From an uncultured Planctomycetaceae bacterium (GTDB lineage: Bacteria; Planctomycetota; Planctomycetia; Planctomycetales; Planctomycetaceae): 64,000 nt of DNA. Both the position numbers and the translations under genes were made by a program. The notes beneath the pieces were generated by a model. It worked only from the letters and a program-made list of their open reading frames with translations, was not told the DNA's origin and made no database searches. Position 1 is the first letter of the stretch. Each line of letters starts with the position of its first letter. The stretch is from NCBI GenBank assembly GCA_963813715.1, contig CAWFAK010000007.1:480001-544000 (forward strand). The letters run 5' to 3'. Below, piece after piece: positions 23,785 through 35,749 of the stretch.

Positions 23785-25225
23785 TTGTCGCACGCACACG
23801 CCCATGCGTTTGACACCTTCAACGCGCGCCGGCGCGAAGGTCTGGTGTTTGCCGGCCGCCGCGGCATGCTCAAAGCCGGCTTGAGTGGACTCGCCGGGCT
23901 GACGCTGCCCAACATATTGCGGGCCCGCGCCGACGCGATTCAGGGTCGCGGCACCGCGAAGAACGGCAAGAGCGTCATCTTGCTATGGATGGCCGGCGGA
24001 CCGAGCCACATCGATACCTGGGACCCAAAGCCCGAGCGGCCTCCGGAGAATCGGGGTCCGTTTGCGACCATCCCCACTCGGCTCCCCGGCGTGCGGATTT
24101 GCGAGCACTTGCCCAAGCAGGCGGCCCTCCTCGATCACTTCACGATCATTCGCTCCGTCGACGCGCACAACAGCAACCACGAGCCGAACCGCGTCTTTCA
24201 GACCGCCAACCTCGACGCCGAGCCGCGAACCAACCGCGACGGCGACAAGTATCCGGCGATCGCGTCCCTCATTGCCAAGCTCCGCGGCCCGAATCATCCG
24301 GCCATGCCGCCGTACGTGGCCTTTATGAAAGCGGCCTCGCACATCGGCTGGGGAGGCTGGCTCGGCAAGCAGTACGATCCGTTCCTCGCGAATGATGCCG
24401 CTCCCCTGCCCGTCTACACCGACGTCGGCCGAGACACGGGCCGGGTTCGGGGCGGCAACCTGTTCCGCCTGCCGCGCTCTCTGAACGCTGATCGGATTCA
24501 CTGCCGTCGGGATCTGCTGCGGAGCTTCGATCGGCTGCGCGCCGGAGCCGACGCGGACGGTTCGATGAGCGCCCTCGATTCCTATCAACAGCAGGCGGCC
24601 GATCTCTTACTCGGTCGACGCATGCAGCAGGCGCTCGATATTTCCCGCGAGTCGGAGAAAGTTCGCGACCGGTTCGGCAAGCACCTTTGGTGTCAGCAGG
24701 CTTTGCTGGCGCGACGATTGGTTCAGGCGGGCGCGGCGTTCGTGACGCTCGACCTGAGCTATCACGGCTCGTCGGGCACGTGGGATACGCACGGTGACAA
24801 CATTCCCCCCGTATGGCGGCATTCTCAAAGGCCTGGGGCCGCTGCTGCCGTTGTTCGACCATCTGATTACGGCGTTGATCCTCGATCTGAAAGAGCATGG
24901 GCTTTTGGACGACGTCCTGGTCATCGCGATGGGCGAATTTGGCCGCACGCCGATTCTCGGCACGCAAGGCAGCACCGACGGACGCAATCATTGGCCGGTC
25001 TGCATGTCCCTGGCGATGGCGGGCGGCGGCTTCCGACACGGCCAGGTGATCGGCTCGACCGAAGCCGACGGTGGGCAGGTCAAGGACCGCCCGGTAACAC
25101 CCGGCGACCTGGCCGCGACGATCTACCAGCACATGGGCGTGCCGCTGAACGCGACCTACCAGGATCCGCGTGGCCGTCCGCGGATGATCGTCGACAACGG
25201 CGCCCCCATCCGCGAGCTGATGTAA
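23785..25225 (+). CDS. DUF1501 domain protein (frameshift near 24810; start uncertain)
   Basis: GGPSHIDTWDPKP, WDTH, GEFGRTP, GRNHW. Confidence 0.9.
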
Positions 25226-26234
25226 GCCCGATCGAGTAAGCGGTCAACGCTTTTTCGGGATCGAGCTGCTTCGAGCAGTCCCGAAAACGGTGCCGCAGCG
25301 TCGCCGCATCGTCGCGATAGATCTTCTGGGCCAATCCCAGGCAGTGGGTCTGCAGCTCCTTGCGCCATTCGTCGATCAGGGCAAGCACCCGCTCGTTGAC
25401 GTCCGGCAGGCCGCCCGCCACGCACGCGGCAACTTCCACGCGAAGCATTCCCAGGTCGTGATCGTCGCCCAGCTTCTCTTCGAGTTCGTGGAGTTGCTCG
25501 GCGAGTCGCACCAGGTCAGGCGAACCGACTCGCTGCAGCAGTTGCACCTGGTGATAGAGGTATTTGGCCTGCTTGCGGCACTCGTGCAAAGTCTCTGAAG
25601 TCGTTTCCTTTTCGGCCTCGTCCAAAGCCTTGGAGCCGGCCTTGCAGGAACGACGAAGCCCGCGGCGGACTGCGCGACGACCATCACCGGGTAATGGCCA
25701 CTCCGTCGCCCGGCTCCGCCCCCGTTCGATCGCTTCCCGCAAATCGTCCATCGCTTCCACATTGCGGGCCAGCCGATCGTGGATATCGCGTTGCCGCGCC
25801 TTGAGAAATCGCGACAATGCGTCGAAAGCGGCTGGCGGGACGTCGCCGTCGCGTCGTCGCAATTTTTCGACCGCATCAACCAGAACGCGGGCATTGCGGA
25901 CCTCGGAAAATGCGGCGGCCGCGTCTCGCAGCGACTCGTTCTCTTTCCGGTAGAGTCCAGCTCCCAACTCGCCGCGAACCAGCCGCAACACGGCCCGCAC
26001 GCGTTTGAACCGCTTGCGCACGTTGTGGATGGCTTCGTCGGCCGTCGCCCCCAGGCGACACAAGTCCCGCAAGGCTTTATCCAATTGGCGACTAACGATT
26101 CGTCCAAGGTCCGCTTGAAACGGCTTACCTTGCCGAAACGCAAACGCGCCTCCCTTCGCCTTCGAACCGGATTTCCTCGTAGCGGCTGTGGGGCGTGGCG
26201 TCGGCACGCTCAGTTCCGGGATGGTTCGGCGCAA
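25080..26234 (-). CDS. CHAD domain protein (ends uncertain)
   Basis: IHNVRKRFKRVRAVL, LHECRKQAKYL, LGDDHDL. Confidence 0.85.
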   Translation of the reverse strand: MRRTIPELSVPTPRPTAATRKSGSKAKGGAFAFRQGKPFQADLGRIVSRQLDKALRDLCRLGATADEAIHNVRKRFKRVRAVLRLVRGELGAGLYRKENESLRDAAAAFSEVRNARVLVDAVEKLRRRDGDVPPAAFDALSRFLKARQRDIHDRLARNVEAMDDLREAIERGRSRATEWPLPGDGRRAVRRGLRRSCKAGSKALDEAEKETTSETLHECRKQAKYLYHQVQLLQRVGSPDLVRLAEQLHELEEKLGDDHDLGMLRVEVAACVAGGLPDVNERVLALIDEWRKELQTHCLGLAQKIYRDDAATLRHRFRDCSKQLDPEKALTAYSIGLTSARGWGRRCRRSSADGHADPGRSRSAARPCAGRSSRPGRRVLPGGP

Positions 26235-26440
26235 CTGAGACAGCGCCTTGGGGTTTCCCTGGCGGCCGCGGCTCTGGCCTTTCGAAGGCTGGCCGGCGCC
26301 TGCGACCGTTTGCGTTCCGCATCGAGCGATTCCAACGTGAGCTGCCCGTCTCGCAGGCCGAGATCAGAGTTTTTCTGCTGGGGCTGTTTCCCGGTCTCGC
26401 TCGGGTTCACATCATTGCGATTCGACTCGGTGCCACTCAC
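26210..26440 (-). CDS. Small hypothetical protein (possibly the frameshifted N-terminus of the CHAD gene)
   Basis: GTG start preceded by a strong AAGGAGGT RBS. Confidence 0.4.
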   Translation of the reverse strand: MSGTESNRNDVNPSETGKQPQQKNSDLGLRDGQLTLESLDAERKRSQAPASLRKARAAAARETPRRCLSCAEPSRN

Positions 26441-26647
26441 GTGAATACCTCCTTCTGCGCTCGCCACAGTCAGCGAGCGGGCCGAATCCTTGGAACGGCC
26501 GCTGCCCACATCGAAGCAAACAGAATACCGAGACGCTCGGGCGGTCTGAGCGACCGAATGGGAAAGTCGGGAGCCCGGGGGCACAGCTTTTGCCCCCTTG
26601 TGCCACGGGCTGCGAGGATTTAACCGCGCAAAATCAGGAGCGAAGTC

Positions 26648-27205
26648 ATGTCGGGCGAACTGTCGGGAAAGAAAGTCGCCATCCTGGCGGCGAACGGATT
26701 TGAGCAAGTCGAGTTGACCGAGCCCAAACGAGCGCTGGAGGAAGCCGGCGCCACGGCCTCCATCGTTTCGCCGGAATCCGGCAAGGTCAAGGGTTGGAAG
26801 CTGACAAATTGGGGGGACGAGTTGCCGGTCGACGTACCGCTCGAAGAGGCCAAGGCCGATGACTTCGACGCGCTCGTCCTGCCGGGCGGAGTGATGAACC
26901 CGGACAAGCTGCGCCGCAACGAATGGGCCCTGCAATTCGTCCGGGCGTTTTTCGAGGCGGGCAAGCCGATCGCCGCCATCTGTCACGGCCCCTGGACCCT
27001 GATCGATGCCGGTGTGGTCGACGGGCGAACGATGACCTCGTACGCGTCGATCCAAACTGATCTCAAAAACGCCGGCGCAAATTGGGTCGACAAGGAGGTC
27101 GTGGTCGACAATGGGCTCGTCACCAGCCGCTGCCCGGACGATCTGCCGGCATTCAACCGCAAAATGATCGAGGAAATCGCCGAGGGCGTACACGCCCGGA
27201 CCTAG
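26648..27205 (+). CDS. PfpI/DJ-1 family protein
   Basis: GFEQVEL, LPGG..NPDKLR, AICHGPW. Confidence 0.93.
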   Translation: MSGELSGKKVAILAANGFEQVELTEPKRALEEAGATASIVSPESGKVKGWKLTNWGDELPVDVPLEEAKADDFDALVLPGGVMNPDKLRRNEWALQFVRAFFEAGKPIAAICHGPWTLIDAGVVDGRTMTSYASIQTDLKNAGANWVDKEVVVDNGLVTSRCPDDLPAFNRKMIEEIAEGVHART

Positions 27206-27418
27206 CGCGGCCCGTCTTCCGACCGACCGCACGAAGGAACCGCGCTTCAGACGCAGGTCAGAAATCTCTCACCCGATCGACCGCCCGAAGTGACGATTAG
27301 GTAACCCGCGTCGCTTGCGATGCGCCAACTCGTCGTCGAGAATGTGGATACGCACATTTCCGGCCTACGGATAGGCTGGCCTCTCTCTCACCTCTCGCCT
27401 CGATCGTCCGGTTTTCTC

Positions 27419-29830
27419 ATGCGCAAACGTTGGTTGAAAATTGCGGCCGTTGTTGCCGCCCTGGTCGTCGTTGCGGGTCTCGGAACGGGTTATTGGGCTT
27501 GGAACCTGCTCGCGGGCAGCCTACCGCAAGTCGACGGCGAGTATCGCACGCCGGGCTTGGCGCACGACGTGAAGATCGAGCGCGACGGCCTGGGCATTCC
27601 CACGATTCGTGCCGCCAATCGCAAGGACTTGGCGTTTGCCACCGGCTTTGCCCACGGCCAGGATCGCTTCTTCCAAATGGATTTGCTGCGGCGGAACTCG
27701 GCCGGCGAACTCGCGGAACTGGTCGGTTCGGCCGCGCTGCCGGTCGATCGCCGGGTCCGCGTGCACCGCTTCCGCAACGTGGCCCAGCGGATTCTGACCA
27801 CCGGCGACCCGGCCGAAACAACGGTCCTGGAATCGTACACGGCCGGAGTAAATGCCGGACTGGCGTCGCTGCGCTCCAAGCCGTTCGAGTACTACCTCTT
27901 GGGAGTCGAGCCGGCGCCGTGGAAGACGGAAGACTCCGCGCTCGTCATGTTCTCGATGTTTCTCGACCTGCAAGGTGACACCTTTGACGCCGAGACGACG
28001 CTCGGGCTGATGCACGACGAGTTGCCCGGGCCGCTGTTCGATTTTCTAGCGCCGCGCGGCACGGAATGGGACGCGCCCATGCTGGGCGAGCCGTTTCAAA
28101 CTCCTCCCATGCCGCCGGCGACCGTCTTTGACACGCGCAAATCAAACCTCGTTGCGCTGTCCGATCTCGCGCCGCTCGGCCAGCCGCCCGGCGATCCGCC
28201 GTTCCATTACGGCAGCAACAACTGGGCCATCTCCGCCAAGCGAACGGCCGACGGGCGAGCGATTGTCGCGAACGATATGCACCTGGGCATCCGCGTGCCG
28301 CACATCTGGTATCGCGCGTCATTCGTCTGGCCCGAGGCGGAGGGATCAAAGAGTGATCAGCGAATTACTGGGCTTACGCTGCCGGGCACGCCGGCGATGG
28401 TTGTGGGCAGCAACGGACACATCGCCTGGGGCTTCACCAACACCCAAGCGGACTGGGCCGACGTCGTACTGGTCGACGTCGATTCGCACGATAAAGAGTC
28501 GTATCTCACGCCGAAGGGCCCGCAAAAGTTCGAGCATCACGCCGAGACGATCAAGGTCAAGAACGAGCCGGACGCCAGGCTCGACGTCGTCGAGACGATT
28601 TGGGGCCCCGTCATCGATCATGACAGCAAGGACCGTCCTCGTGTCTGGCGCTGGGTGGCGCACGACACCGAGGGCGTGAACATGGGCCTCCTGAAAGTCG
28701 AATCGGCCCGCACACTCGAAGACTCACTCCGTCTGGCCAACCTGGCCGGCGCGCCGGACAGAATTTCGTCGTCGCGGACGACAAGGGGCGCATCGGCTGG
28801 ACGGTGATGGGCCGGCTGCCGCGTCGCATCGGCTTCGACGGCCGGCTCCCCAGTTCGTGGGCGGACGGAAAGCACCGCTGGGACGGCTATCTCAAGCCGG
28901 AAGAATATCCGCGGATCATCGATCCCGCCGATGGACGCATCTGGACGGCCAACGCCCGCGTCGTCAGCGGCGATCAGCTGGCTCGCCTGGGTGACGGTAT
29001 GTACGACCTGGGCGCTACGCGCCGGGCAAATCCGCGACGACCTGCGGAAGCTCGACAAGGCCAACGAAGCCGACATGCTGAAGATCCAGCTCGACGATCG
29101 GGCCGTTTTTCTCGAGCGCTGGCGGAAACTCTTGTTAGATACGCTCGACTCCGACGCCGTCGCGGCCGATCCGCGTCGTGCCGAACTGAAAGCGGATGTC
29201 GAAAACTGGGGAGGCCGCGCGTCGATCGATTCGGTGGGCTTCCGGGCCGTGCGACAGTTTCGCCTGGTGCTTCTGAATCAGCTGTCGGACGTCCTCGTTG
29301 CGCCGTGCAAGAAAATCAACCCGAAGTTTTCGATCGCCGGCCTCGACCGCACGGAGGGACCGGTGTGGCAGCTCGTCTCGAAACGGCCCCCCTATCTGAT
29401 CGATCCGCGCTTCAAGAACTGGAAAGAGCTGCTCCTCTCCGCGGCGGACGGCATCGTGCACGATGCCACGAAAGCCGGCGCACCGCTGGGCAACTACACC
29501 TGGGGCCGCTACAACACCACGCGGATCGCTCATCCGCTGACGATGGCCGTGCCGTCGCTGGGCCGCTGGCTCGATATGCCGTCGCAGGAGCTACCCGGCG
29601 ACTGGGACAACATGCCGCGAATCCAAACGCCGGACCACGGGGCTTCCGAGCGGCTAGCCGTCTCGCCCGGCCACGAAAGTGACGGCTATCTCCACATGCC
29701 CTGCGGCCAATCGGGACATCCGCTCTCGCCCCATTTCAGTGACCAGCACGCCGCGTGGGCCGAGGGCAAAGCCACGCCCTTTATGCCGGGACCGACCGAG
29801 AACACGCTGGTCTTGAAGCCGGCCGCCTAG
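27419..29830 (+). CDS. Penicillin acylase family Ntn-hydrolase (frameshifts near 28760 and 29015)
   Basis: QDRFFQMDLLRR, GSNNW (catalytic Ser), ANDMHL, TANAR, GQSGHPLSPHF. Confidence 0.92.
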
Positions 29831-29894
29831 GGCAGGACCGGCACCGGCATCACCTAGGCGCTCGCCATCGAAGCGTGCCCAGTCGAGGCATTCT

Positions 29895-30853
29895 TCAAAC
29901 GTCGCACGCGTGCACGGCCTGTCGCAATCCGTCGAGGGGCGCCCGGGTCGGAATAAACTCCTGCCCGACGTAGCCGGTGTAGCCAAGATCCAAGAGTTTT
30001 TTGATCACGGGCGGATACAGGATCTCCTGGTTTTCATCCAGTTCGCCGCGGCCGGGGTTTCCAGCCGTATGGACGTGTCCCAGGATGTCCTTCGTCTGCT
30101 CGAGGCGCCGAATCAGATCGCCGTGCATGATCTGCACATGGTAGATGTCGAACAGCAGCTTCACTCGCGGCGACCTAACGCGACGGATGATTTCGGCCAC
30201 GCGGTCGAGATCGTCTCCCTGATAGCCGGGGTGCCCCTTCATCGGATGCGAGTGGTCGCGACTATTGAGGTGCTCGATGCAAATGTTGACCTTCTTCCGC
30301 TCGGCGTGGCCGGCGATTTCCTTTAGTCCGGTAACGCAGCTTTCGATCCCCTCTTCGAGCGAAATTTCGCCGCTGGTCGGAATCTTCCGGATTTCGCCAC
30401 TTGTAGCCGACGAAGCCGATCACGCTGGGAACGTTCGCCTCCGCGCAGGCATCGATCGTTTCCCGCGTCCGCGTCAGCAGCTCCGCCCGATGGGCCGAAT
30501 TGTTGAATCCTCGTTTGAAGGGCGCACCCGGCATACCGTTGGGAGCAATCGCGCAGGTGAGCCCGTGGCGGCGCAGACACCGGCCAGGTTGACGGTTCGC
30601 ACAGCTCCACGGAGACGCAGCCCAATTGGCGGGCAACCTGGCACGTCCGCTCCACGTCCCATTTCTCGCCAGCCGTGTTAAAGCACCAGAACACAATCGA
30701 TTGCTTGATGCGACCACAAAGCGGCGTATCCTCACCGCCGCCGCCAGACGCGAGCGCCAAACCGGGAATCGCGGAGGCGGCCGCGGCGATGGTCCCCTGC
30801 AACAACTGACGACGTCCCATTCCGGTCTCCGGTCGATCTGCTGTGGGCACCAT
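29895..30853 (-). CDS. Hydroxypyruvate isomerase-like TIM-barrel protein with Tat signal (frameshifted)
   Basis: GRRQLL; LLFDIYHVQI, HVHTAGNPGR, YVGQEF. Confidence 0.85.
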
Positions 30854-30884
30854 GCTGCGCGTCTCCTGGCGTGAAAAGAATGGA

Positions 30885-33236
30885 TTACTTTGCGGGGGCG
30901 GTCGTCGACGGAACGGCCTCGAAGGCGAGCAACCCGCCGTTGGCAATGTCTTGATGCGTGATCCAAGTCCGGTCGACGACTTTGCCGTTCACACGAACGC
31001 GTTCCGCCGCTGGTGTTGCGGAAGGTGCTGGGGAGTTCGCCGTAATGATCAGCCGACGATCCCCTGACTGAATCTCCGCCCGCTTCCACAGCGGGGTTAC
31101 CAACTCGGAGCGCTCGGACCCGGCGGTCGGAAAAATACCGAGAGAGCTCAGCACATACCAGGCGGAGATTGTTCCTCCGTCGTCGTTGCCGTCGAGTCCG
31201 TTTTCTTCGTCGCCGTATTTGTGCTCGAGGATCCAGTGGACCCACTTCCGGGTCAAATCGGGCCGGCCGGCTGAATTGAACAAGTACACGGAATAGATGT
31301 CGGGTTGATTCCCGTGCCAGTAGTAGGCGTTCGGCGCCACGCTGACCTCAGGGGCCGAATGGGCAAAGAACTCCTCGAGCTCGCTGACGAAATACGGCTT
31401 GCTCTTGAAGAGTCCGACGAGAGCCGGGCCGTCGAACGGCACGCCCCACCGCCATTGCAGGGCGCTCCCCTCGACATAGGCGTGCGTGTATTTGCCGCCG
31501 CGGTCGAAATAGGTCAGCAACAACGGTCGGAAATCCTCGTCGAATTTTCCGTGCGAATCCCGCGGCTGGAAGTACTGCGTGGCCGGGTTCCAGAGCTGCC
31601 GATACGAGAGGGCGTGCTTCGCAAAAAGGGCTGCGTCGTCGGTGTGCCCCAGCGCGGCGGCGAGTCGGGCGATGGAATGGTCGGCATACGAGTACTCGAG
31701 CGTCCGCGCGACGGACTGCTTCATCAAGTCGGACGGGCAGTAGCCGAATTTAAGATAGTCCTCGATCCCCGCCCGACCAGAAAACCGCGAGTTCTGCGTC
31801 GGCCCCAAGGCCGCTTTCCGCATCGCCTGGTAGGCGGCCTCGACGTCGAAATCGCGGATCCCCCTGAGATAAGTGTCGGTCAGCATGATGTCGGCCGGCG
31901 TCCCGAACATCGAGTTTGAGTAGCCGTTTCCGGACGGCCAGCGTGGCAAGTAGCCCCCCTGCTTCGACATCTCGACGAGCGAGACGGCCATGTCTCGCTG
32001 CTCGCGGGGCGCGATCAAGCACAAGAGCGGATGCACCGTGCGGAACGTATCCCACAGCGACATGTCGGTGTAATAAGTAAAGCCCTCGGCACGGTGGGTG
32101 CGCCCGTCGAAACCGAGATAGTCGCCGTTGACGTCGCTAAAGATGGTCGGCATCTGCAACGCGTGGTAGAGGGCCGTGTAGAACAGGACTTTCTGTCGGG
32201 CCGTGCCCCCTTCCACACGGATGCGGCCGAGCATTTCTTCCCATTGGCGAATGCCGTTCGCCAACACCTGGTCGAAGTTCAAGTTGCCGGCTTCGCGCTC
32301 CAGATTCTCCCTGGCGTTAGCGAGGCTGACGTACGAAATGGCCAGCTTGAGTTCGACCGTCGGCGGGGAACCGTCCTTCTCGAACATCAGGTCCGCACCG
32401 ACATCGTCGCCCGCCGCGCTCGTTTGCCCCGTTTGTGACGAGCCGTCCTTCCAGACCCCGAACGTCGTGAACCGCCGGTTGGCTCGGGCCACGAAATAAA
32501 CGGTGATGCCGCCGTAGCGACTCGAAAATGTGCCGAAGGTGTGAGCCGAGCCTTCCACTTCGTTCGCAGCCGGCCGCACGCGCACGGACCCCTGCTTACT
32601 CTTGCCGCGGCCGAGGACGCTCGAGACGTGCAGAAGCAGATGCGGAGCGTCGCCGCGAGTGAATTGGTAGCGATGGACGCCCACGCGTCGTGTGGCGGTC
32701 AACTCGGCTCGCAGCCCGCGCTCCGGGAGAGTGACGCGGTAATAAGCCGGAAAGGCTTTTTCGTTCTGGTGGGAGTATTTGGCGTTCAAACCCTGTCGCA
32801 TCGCGTCGGCCGAGTCGCCTGCCGCAAGCGGAATGACCAAGAAGTTTCCGCCGTCGGTCGCGCCAGTCCCGGCCAATCGCGTGTGGCTGAAGCCGAGAAG
32901 CTTCGGATCGCGATAGTAGTAGCCTGATGTATTCGTCGCCCGGCGGCCGGAGCTGGAGACCGTATCGGGACTCAACCGCACCATTCCAAAGGGGACCGTC
33001 GCGCCGGGAAACTCGTTCCCGCAGAGATACGAAACGCCGCCGGTCCCCACGAATGGATTCACCTGCCGGCCGAGTTCGCCGGCTTGAACCGGCTGGGACG
33101 TAGGCGACGGTTCGGCTCCGCGTGCGAACATCAGCGGAACGAACGTCGCGACTGCGACAACAACGCACCAGAGGATCGGTCTGACTCGCTGATAAAGAGG
33201 TGCGCGATCGGTTGGCAGAAGTCGAGAGCCGAACAT
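30885..33236 (-). CDS. GH92 alpha-mannosidase
   Basis: PGATVPFGMV, FSHT, SLWDTFR, YVEG, HGNQP, GNDDGG. Confidence 0.93.
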   Translation of the reverse strand: MFGSRLLPTDRAPLYQRVRPILWCVVVAVATFVPLMFARGAEPSPTSQPVQAGELGRQVNPFVGTGGVSYLCGNEFPGATVPFGMVRLSPDTVSSSGRRATNTSGYYYRDPKLLGFSHTRLAGTGATDGGNFLVIPLAAGDSADAMRQGLNAKYSHQNEKAFPAYYRVTLPERGLRAELTATRRVGVHRYQFTRGDAPHLLLHVSSVLGRGKSKQGSVRVRPAANEVEGSAHTFGTFSSRYGGITVYFVARANRRFTTFGVWKDGSSQTGQTSAAGDDVGADLMFEKDGSPPTVELKLAISYVSLANARENLEREAGNLNFDQVLANGIRQWEEMLGRIRVEGGTARQKVLFYTALYHALQMPTIFSDVNGDYLGFDGRTHRAEGFTYYTDMSLWDTFRTVHPLLCLIAPREQRDMAVSLVEMSKQGGYLPRWPSGNGYSNSMFGTPADIMLTDTYLRGIRDFDVEAAYQAMRKAALGPTQNSRFSGRAGIEDYLKFGYCPSDLMKQSVARTLEYSYADHSIARLAAALGHTDDAALFAKHALSYRQLWNPATQYFQPRDSHGKFDEDFRPLLLTYFDRGGKYTHAYVEGSALQWRWGVPFDGPALVGLFKSKPYFVSELEEFFAHSAPEVSVAPNAYYWHGNQPDIYSVYLFNSAGRPDLTRKWVHWILEHKYGDEENGLDGNDDGGTISAWYVLSSLGIFPTAGSERSELVTPLWKRAEIQSGDRRLIITANSPAPSATPAAERVRVNGKVVDRTWITHQDIANGGLLAFEAVPSTTAPAK

Positions 33237-33241
33237 ACGGA

Positions 33242-34483
33242 TCAGGCGCTCCAACGGGCGAGTTGATTGGTGCGGAGGGCCCGATTCGCCAGATGTGCGG
33301 CCGCCGCGCTCTTGACCCCCTCGGCAACCGGCGCCCGTGGCTGTTTCCGTTCACGGAGGCATTCGATCCAGTTGGCCAGGTGGAGCACTTCCCCGGGAAC
33401 TTCCAGATAGAAATCCTGCCCTCGCGCGTGCGGTCCCAGAATCATCTGCATTTCGGATTCGGGCAGAGGAAGCTTTTTCTTGCGCTCGGGATAGATCTCG
33501 TAGCGGCCCCGATCGAGATAGAGCGTGGCATTCGTGCCCATGAATTCGAGCATCGCGCCGTTGCGGGCGTTGGAAAATGTCCCCTCGAAGTAGACCTGGA
33601 CGCCTCGCCCGGGGTAGCGGAGCACGGTCTGCACCGTGTCGGGAGTCTGCCAGAGATCACCTTTCATGAAGCTCGAGCCTAGGCTGACGGCCTCCTCCGC
33701 GTGGTCCAGGCCCAGGAACCAGTGGGCGACATCGATGTAATGCACCATCAGATCGGTAAAGATTCCCCCGCCGAAATCCCAGAACCAGCGCCAATTGCGG
33801 AAGCGGTATTCGTCGAACGGTTGATCGCGAGCGGTCCCCAAAAATCGCTTCCAATCGACCGACTTGGGATCGATGCCGTAACTCCCCTTCGGCCCGCGAT
33901 CGGCATTGCGATTCCAAGTGAGATGCACTTTGCAGATTTCGCCGAGCGCTCCGCCGCGAATAATGTCGTAGGCTTTTAGAAACTGCGGCATGCTCCGCTG
34001 CTGCATCCCGACCTGAACCACCAGCTCGGGATGCTTCGCCTGCGCCGCGATCACCGCCTCCCCTTCCTCGATCCGATGGGTTAACGGCTTTTCGCAATAG
34101 ACGTGCTTGCCCGCCGCCAGCGCATCGATCACCAGCGGGACGTGCCAATGGTCGGGCGTGCCGATGATCACCGCGTCGACGTCGGCACGTTCCAGCAGCT
34201 TTCGATGATCCTTGGTGGCGAACGCGCCGGGAGCCGCCAGGTCGCGGCCCCTGTCCAGGCTGGTGTCCCAGACATCGCAAACGGCGACGATCTTGGTCCC
34301 GGCAATCTGCTTGAGAGCACTCATCAGCTGCCGGCAGCGTCCGCCCGTGCCGATGCAACCGATACTCACAGTCTCGTTGGCCGGGTAGCCGAGGGCGCCA
34401 GCAGAGTAACCCGCCGTCATGAGTGCGGCCGTGCCGGCCCCCATGCGTCCCAGAAAGTCGCGTCTTGGATGCTCAATGGTCAT
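33242..34483 (-). CDS. Gfo/Idh/MocA oxidoreductase with Tat signal
   Basis: RRDFL, IGTGGR, TPDHWH, YCEKP, WRWFWDFGGG. Confidence 0.92.
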   Translation of the reverse strand: MTIEHPRRDFLGRMGAGTAALMTAGYSAGALGYPANETVSIGCIGTGGRCRQLMSALKQIAGTKIVAVCDVWDTSLDRGRDLAAPGAFATKDHRKLLERADVDAVIIGTPDHWHVPLVIDALAAGKHVYCEKPLTHRIEEGEAVIAAQAKHPELVVQVGMQQRSMPQFLKAYDIIRGGALGEICKVHLTWNRNADRGPKGSYGIDPKSVDWKRFLGTARDQPFDEYRFRNWRWFWDFGGGIFTDLMVHYIDVAHWFLGLDHAEEAVSLGSSFMKGDLWQTPDTVQTVLRYPGRGVQVYFEGTFSNARNGAMLEFMGTNATLYLDRGRYEIYPERKKKLPLPESEMQMILGPHARGQDFYLEVPGEVLHLANWIECLRERKQPRAPVAEGVKSAAAAHLANRALRTNQLARWSA

Positions 34484-34964
34484 GACAACAGTCTTCGGCC
34501 ACGAAAATCGCACAAAAGCGAGCGCTTGATCGATCGTAGCCGCGACCGTTCGCAAATGCGACGGCGACGGCCTGAGAGACTGCGACAGCCGATCCGCCCT
34601 CGCGACCGATCGCCTTGCCGAGCCCGGGTGTTCACAGAGCTGTGTTCACAGGGGGATACTACAGCGATGCCCGTCGAGAATCGGCACAGCGCGAGCAAGC
34701 TTCATTTGTTCGAGGCCCGCGGCAGCGAGTTTGCACCGTGAAAATGTCGCTCCACTCCATCAATACCCGAGTGAGCTACCTCAGCGTGCTACCAGCGACG
34801 ACATAGAAATAGTTGACGATTGCTCACTTGCCGGAAGATAGGCGTCCACTTATTTTTTCTTCCAACAAGCGGGCCTCGCGGCACCGGGGCGTCCATCCGT
34901 TGATTAGTGAATGCATAAAATCGAAAAAGCAGCGGCAAACAAGGGATCTCGACGTTGCCGGTCG

Positions 34965-34982
34965 CGTTAACGATTGTTAACG
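34965..34982. promoter_or_regulatory. Palindromic candidate operator
   Basis: CGTTAAC-GATT-GTTAACG, about 50 bp upstream of the ATG at 35032, in AT-rich DNA. Confidence 0.4.
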
Positions 34983-35031
34983 TGCGATAGTCGAGAAAAA
35001 CCATCTCATTTTCTCTGTAAGGCAAACGCAA

Positions 35032-35385
35032 ATGGCTAAGAAGGCAAACGGATTCAATCTGTCGGAGACAATTCGGGACTATCGAAAGTCCCATCGCGCG
35101 GCATCGGCTCGAGACGCAATGGAAGCCATCAAAAAGAGCCACCCCGATCAAAAGATTAACGACGGCACTTTCAAGAGCACCTTCTATAAGCTGGTCGGCA
35201 ACGGACGAAAGCACTCCGTGCGCCGCGCCAAGCCGATGCGGGGCCGCGGCCGTGGCGGCGACGTCTCCAGCGAAGTGATGCGGGCTGGCCTCACGTTCAT
35301 TCGGCTGGCCGGCAGCGTCGAAGAGGCCCGGCAACATTTGGCCGGTCTCAAGGACCTGATTGAAACGGCCAAGTCGGTCGAGTGA
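35032..35385 (+). CDS. Small basic hypothetical protein, candidate DNA-binding protein
   Basis: 117 aa, K/R-rich; helical N- and C-terminal segments joined by an RGRGRGG linker. Confidence 0.7.
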   Translation: MAKKANGFNLSETIRDYRKSHRAASARDAMEAIKKSHPDQKINDGTFKSTFYKLVGNGRKHSVRRAKPMRGRGRGGDVSSEVMRAGLTFIRLAGSVEEARQHLAGLKDLIETAKSVE

Positions 35386-35749
35386 TCGGTGGTCCGAGGC
35401 GCGAGCACACGCTAGCCACTCTGCGGGCCGCTAGCGACTCAAAAGCTCGTTTCCGGCTGGCACGGCCGATGCGGATATTGATTCGCGGCCTATTAACGAC
35501 TGCGCTGTCTCGATTGCGCTCGATTGCGTGCGACGGGCCGCCGAATTGGCCCGTAACGTTCACGCGAGCCATCGGCAGTGCGGGTCGCAGCGGATCTTGC
35601 GCATTTTTCTCGCAGGTCTCATCTTCTTGTTGGGACTTGAGAGAATTGCGCAAAGCCGTTGCCGATTAGGTAAGGAGCTTGGGCGCCTGAAAGGGTAGAT
35701 CCGTCTGGCGACTTTGCGGGCACAGTCAGCGTCTGGAAAGTCTCCAACC

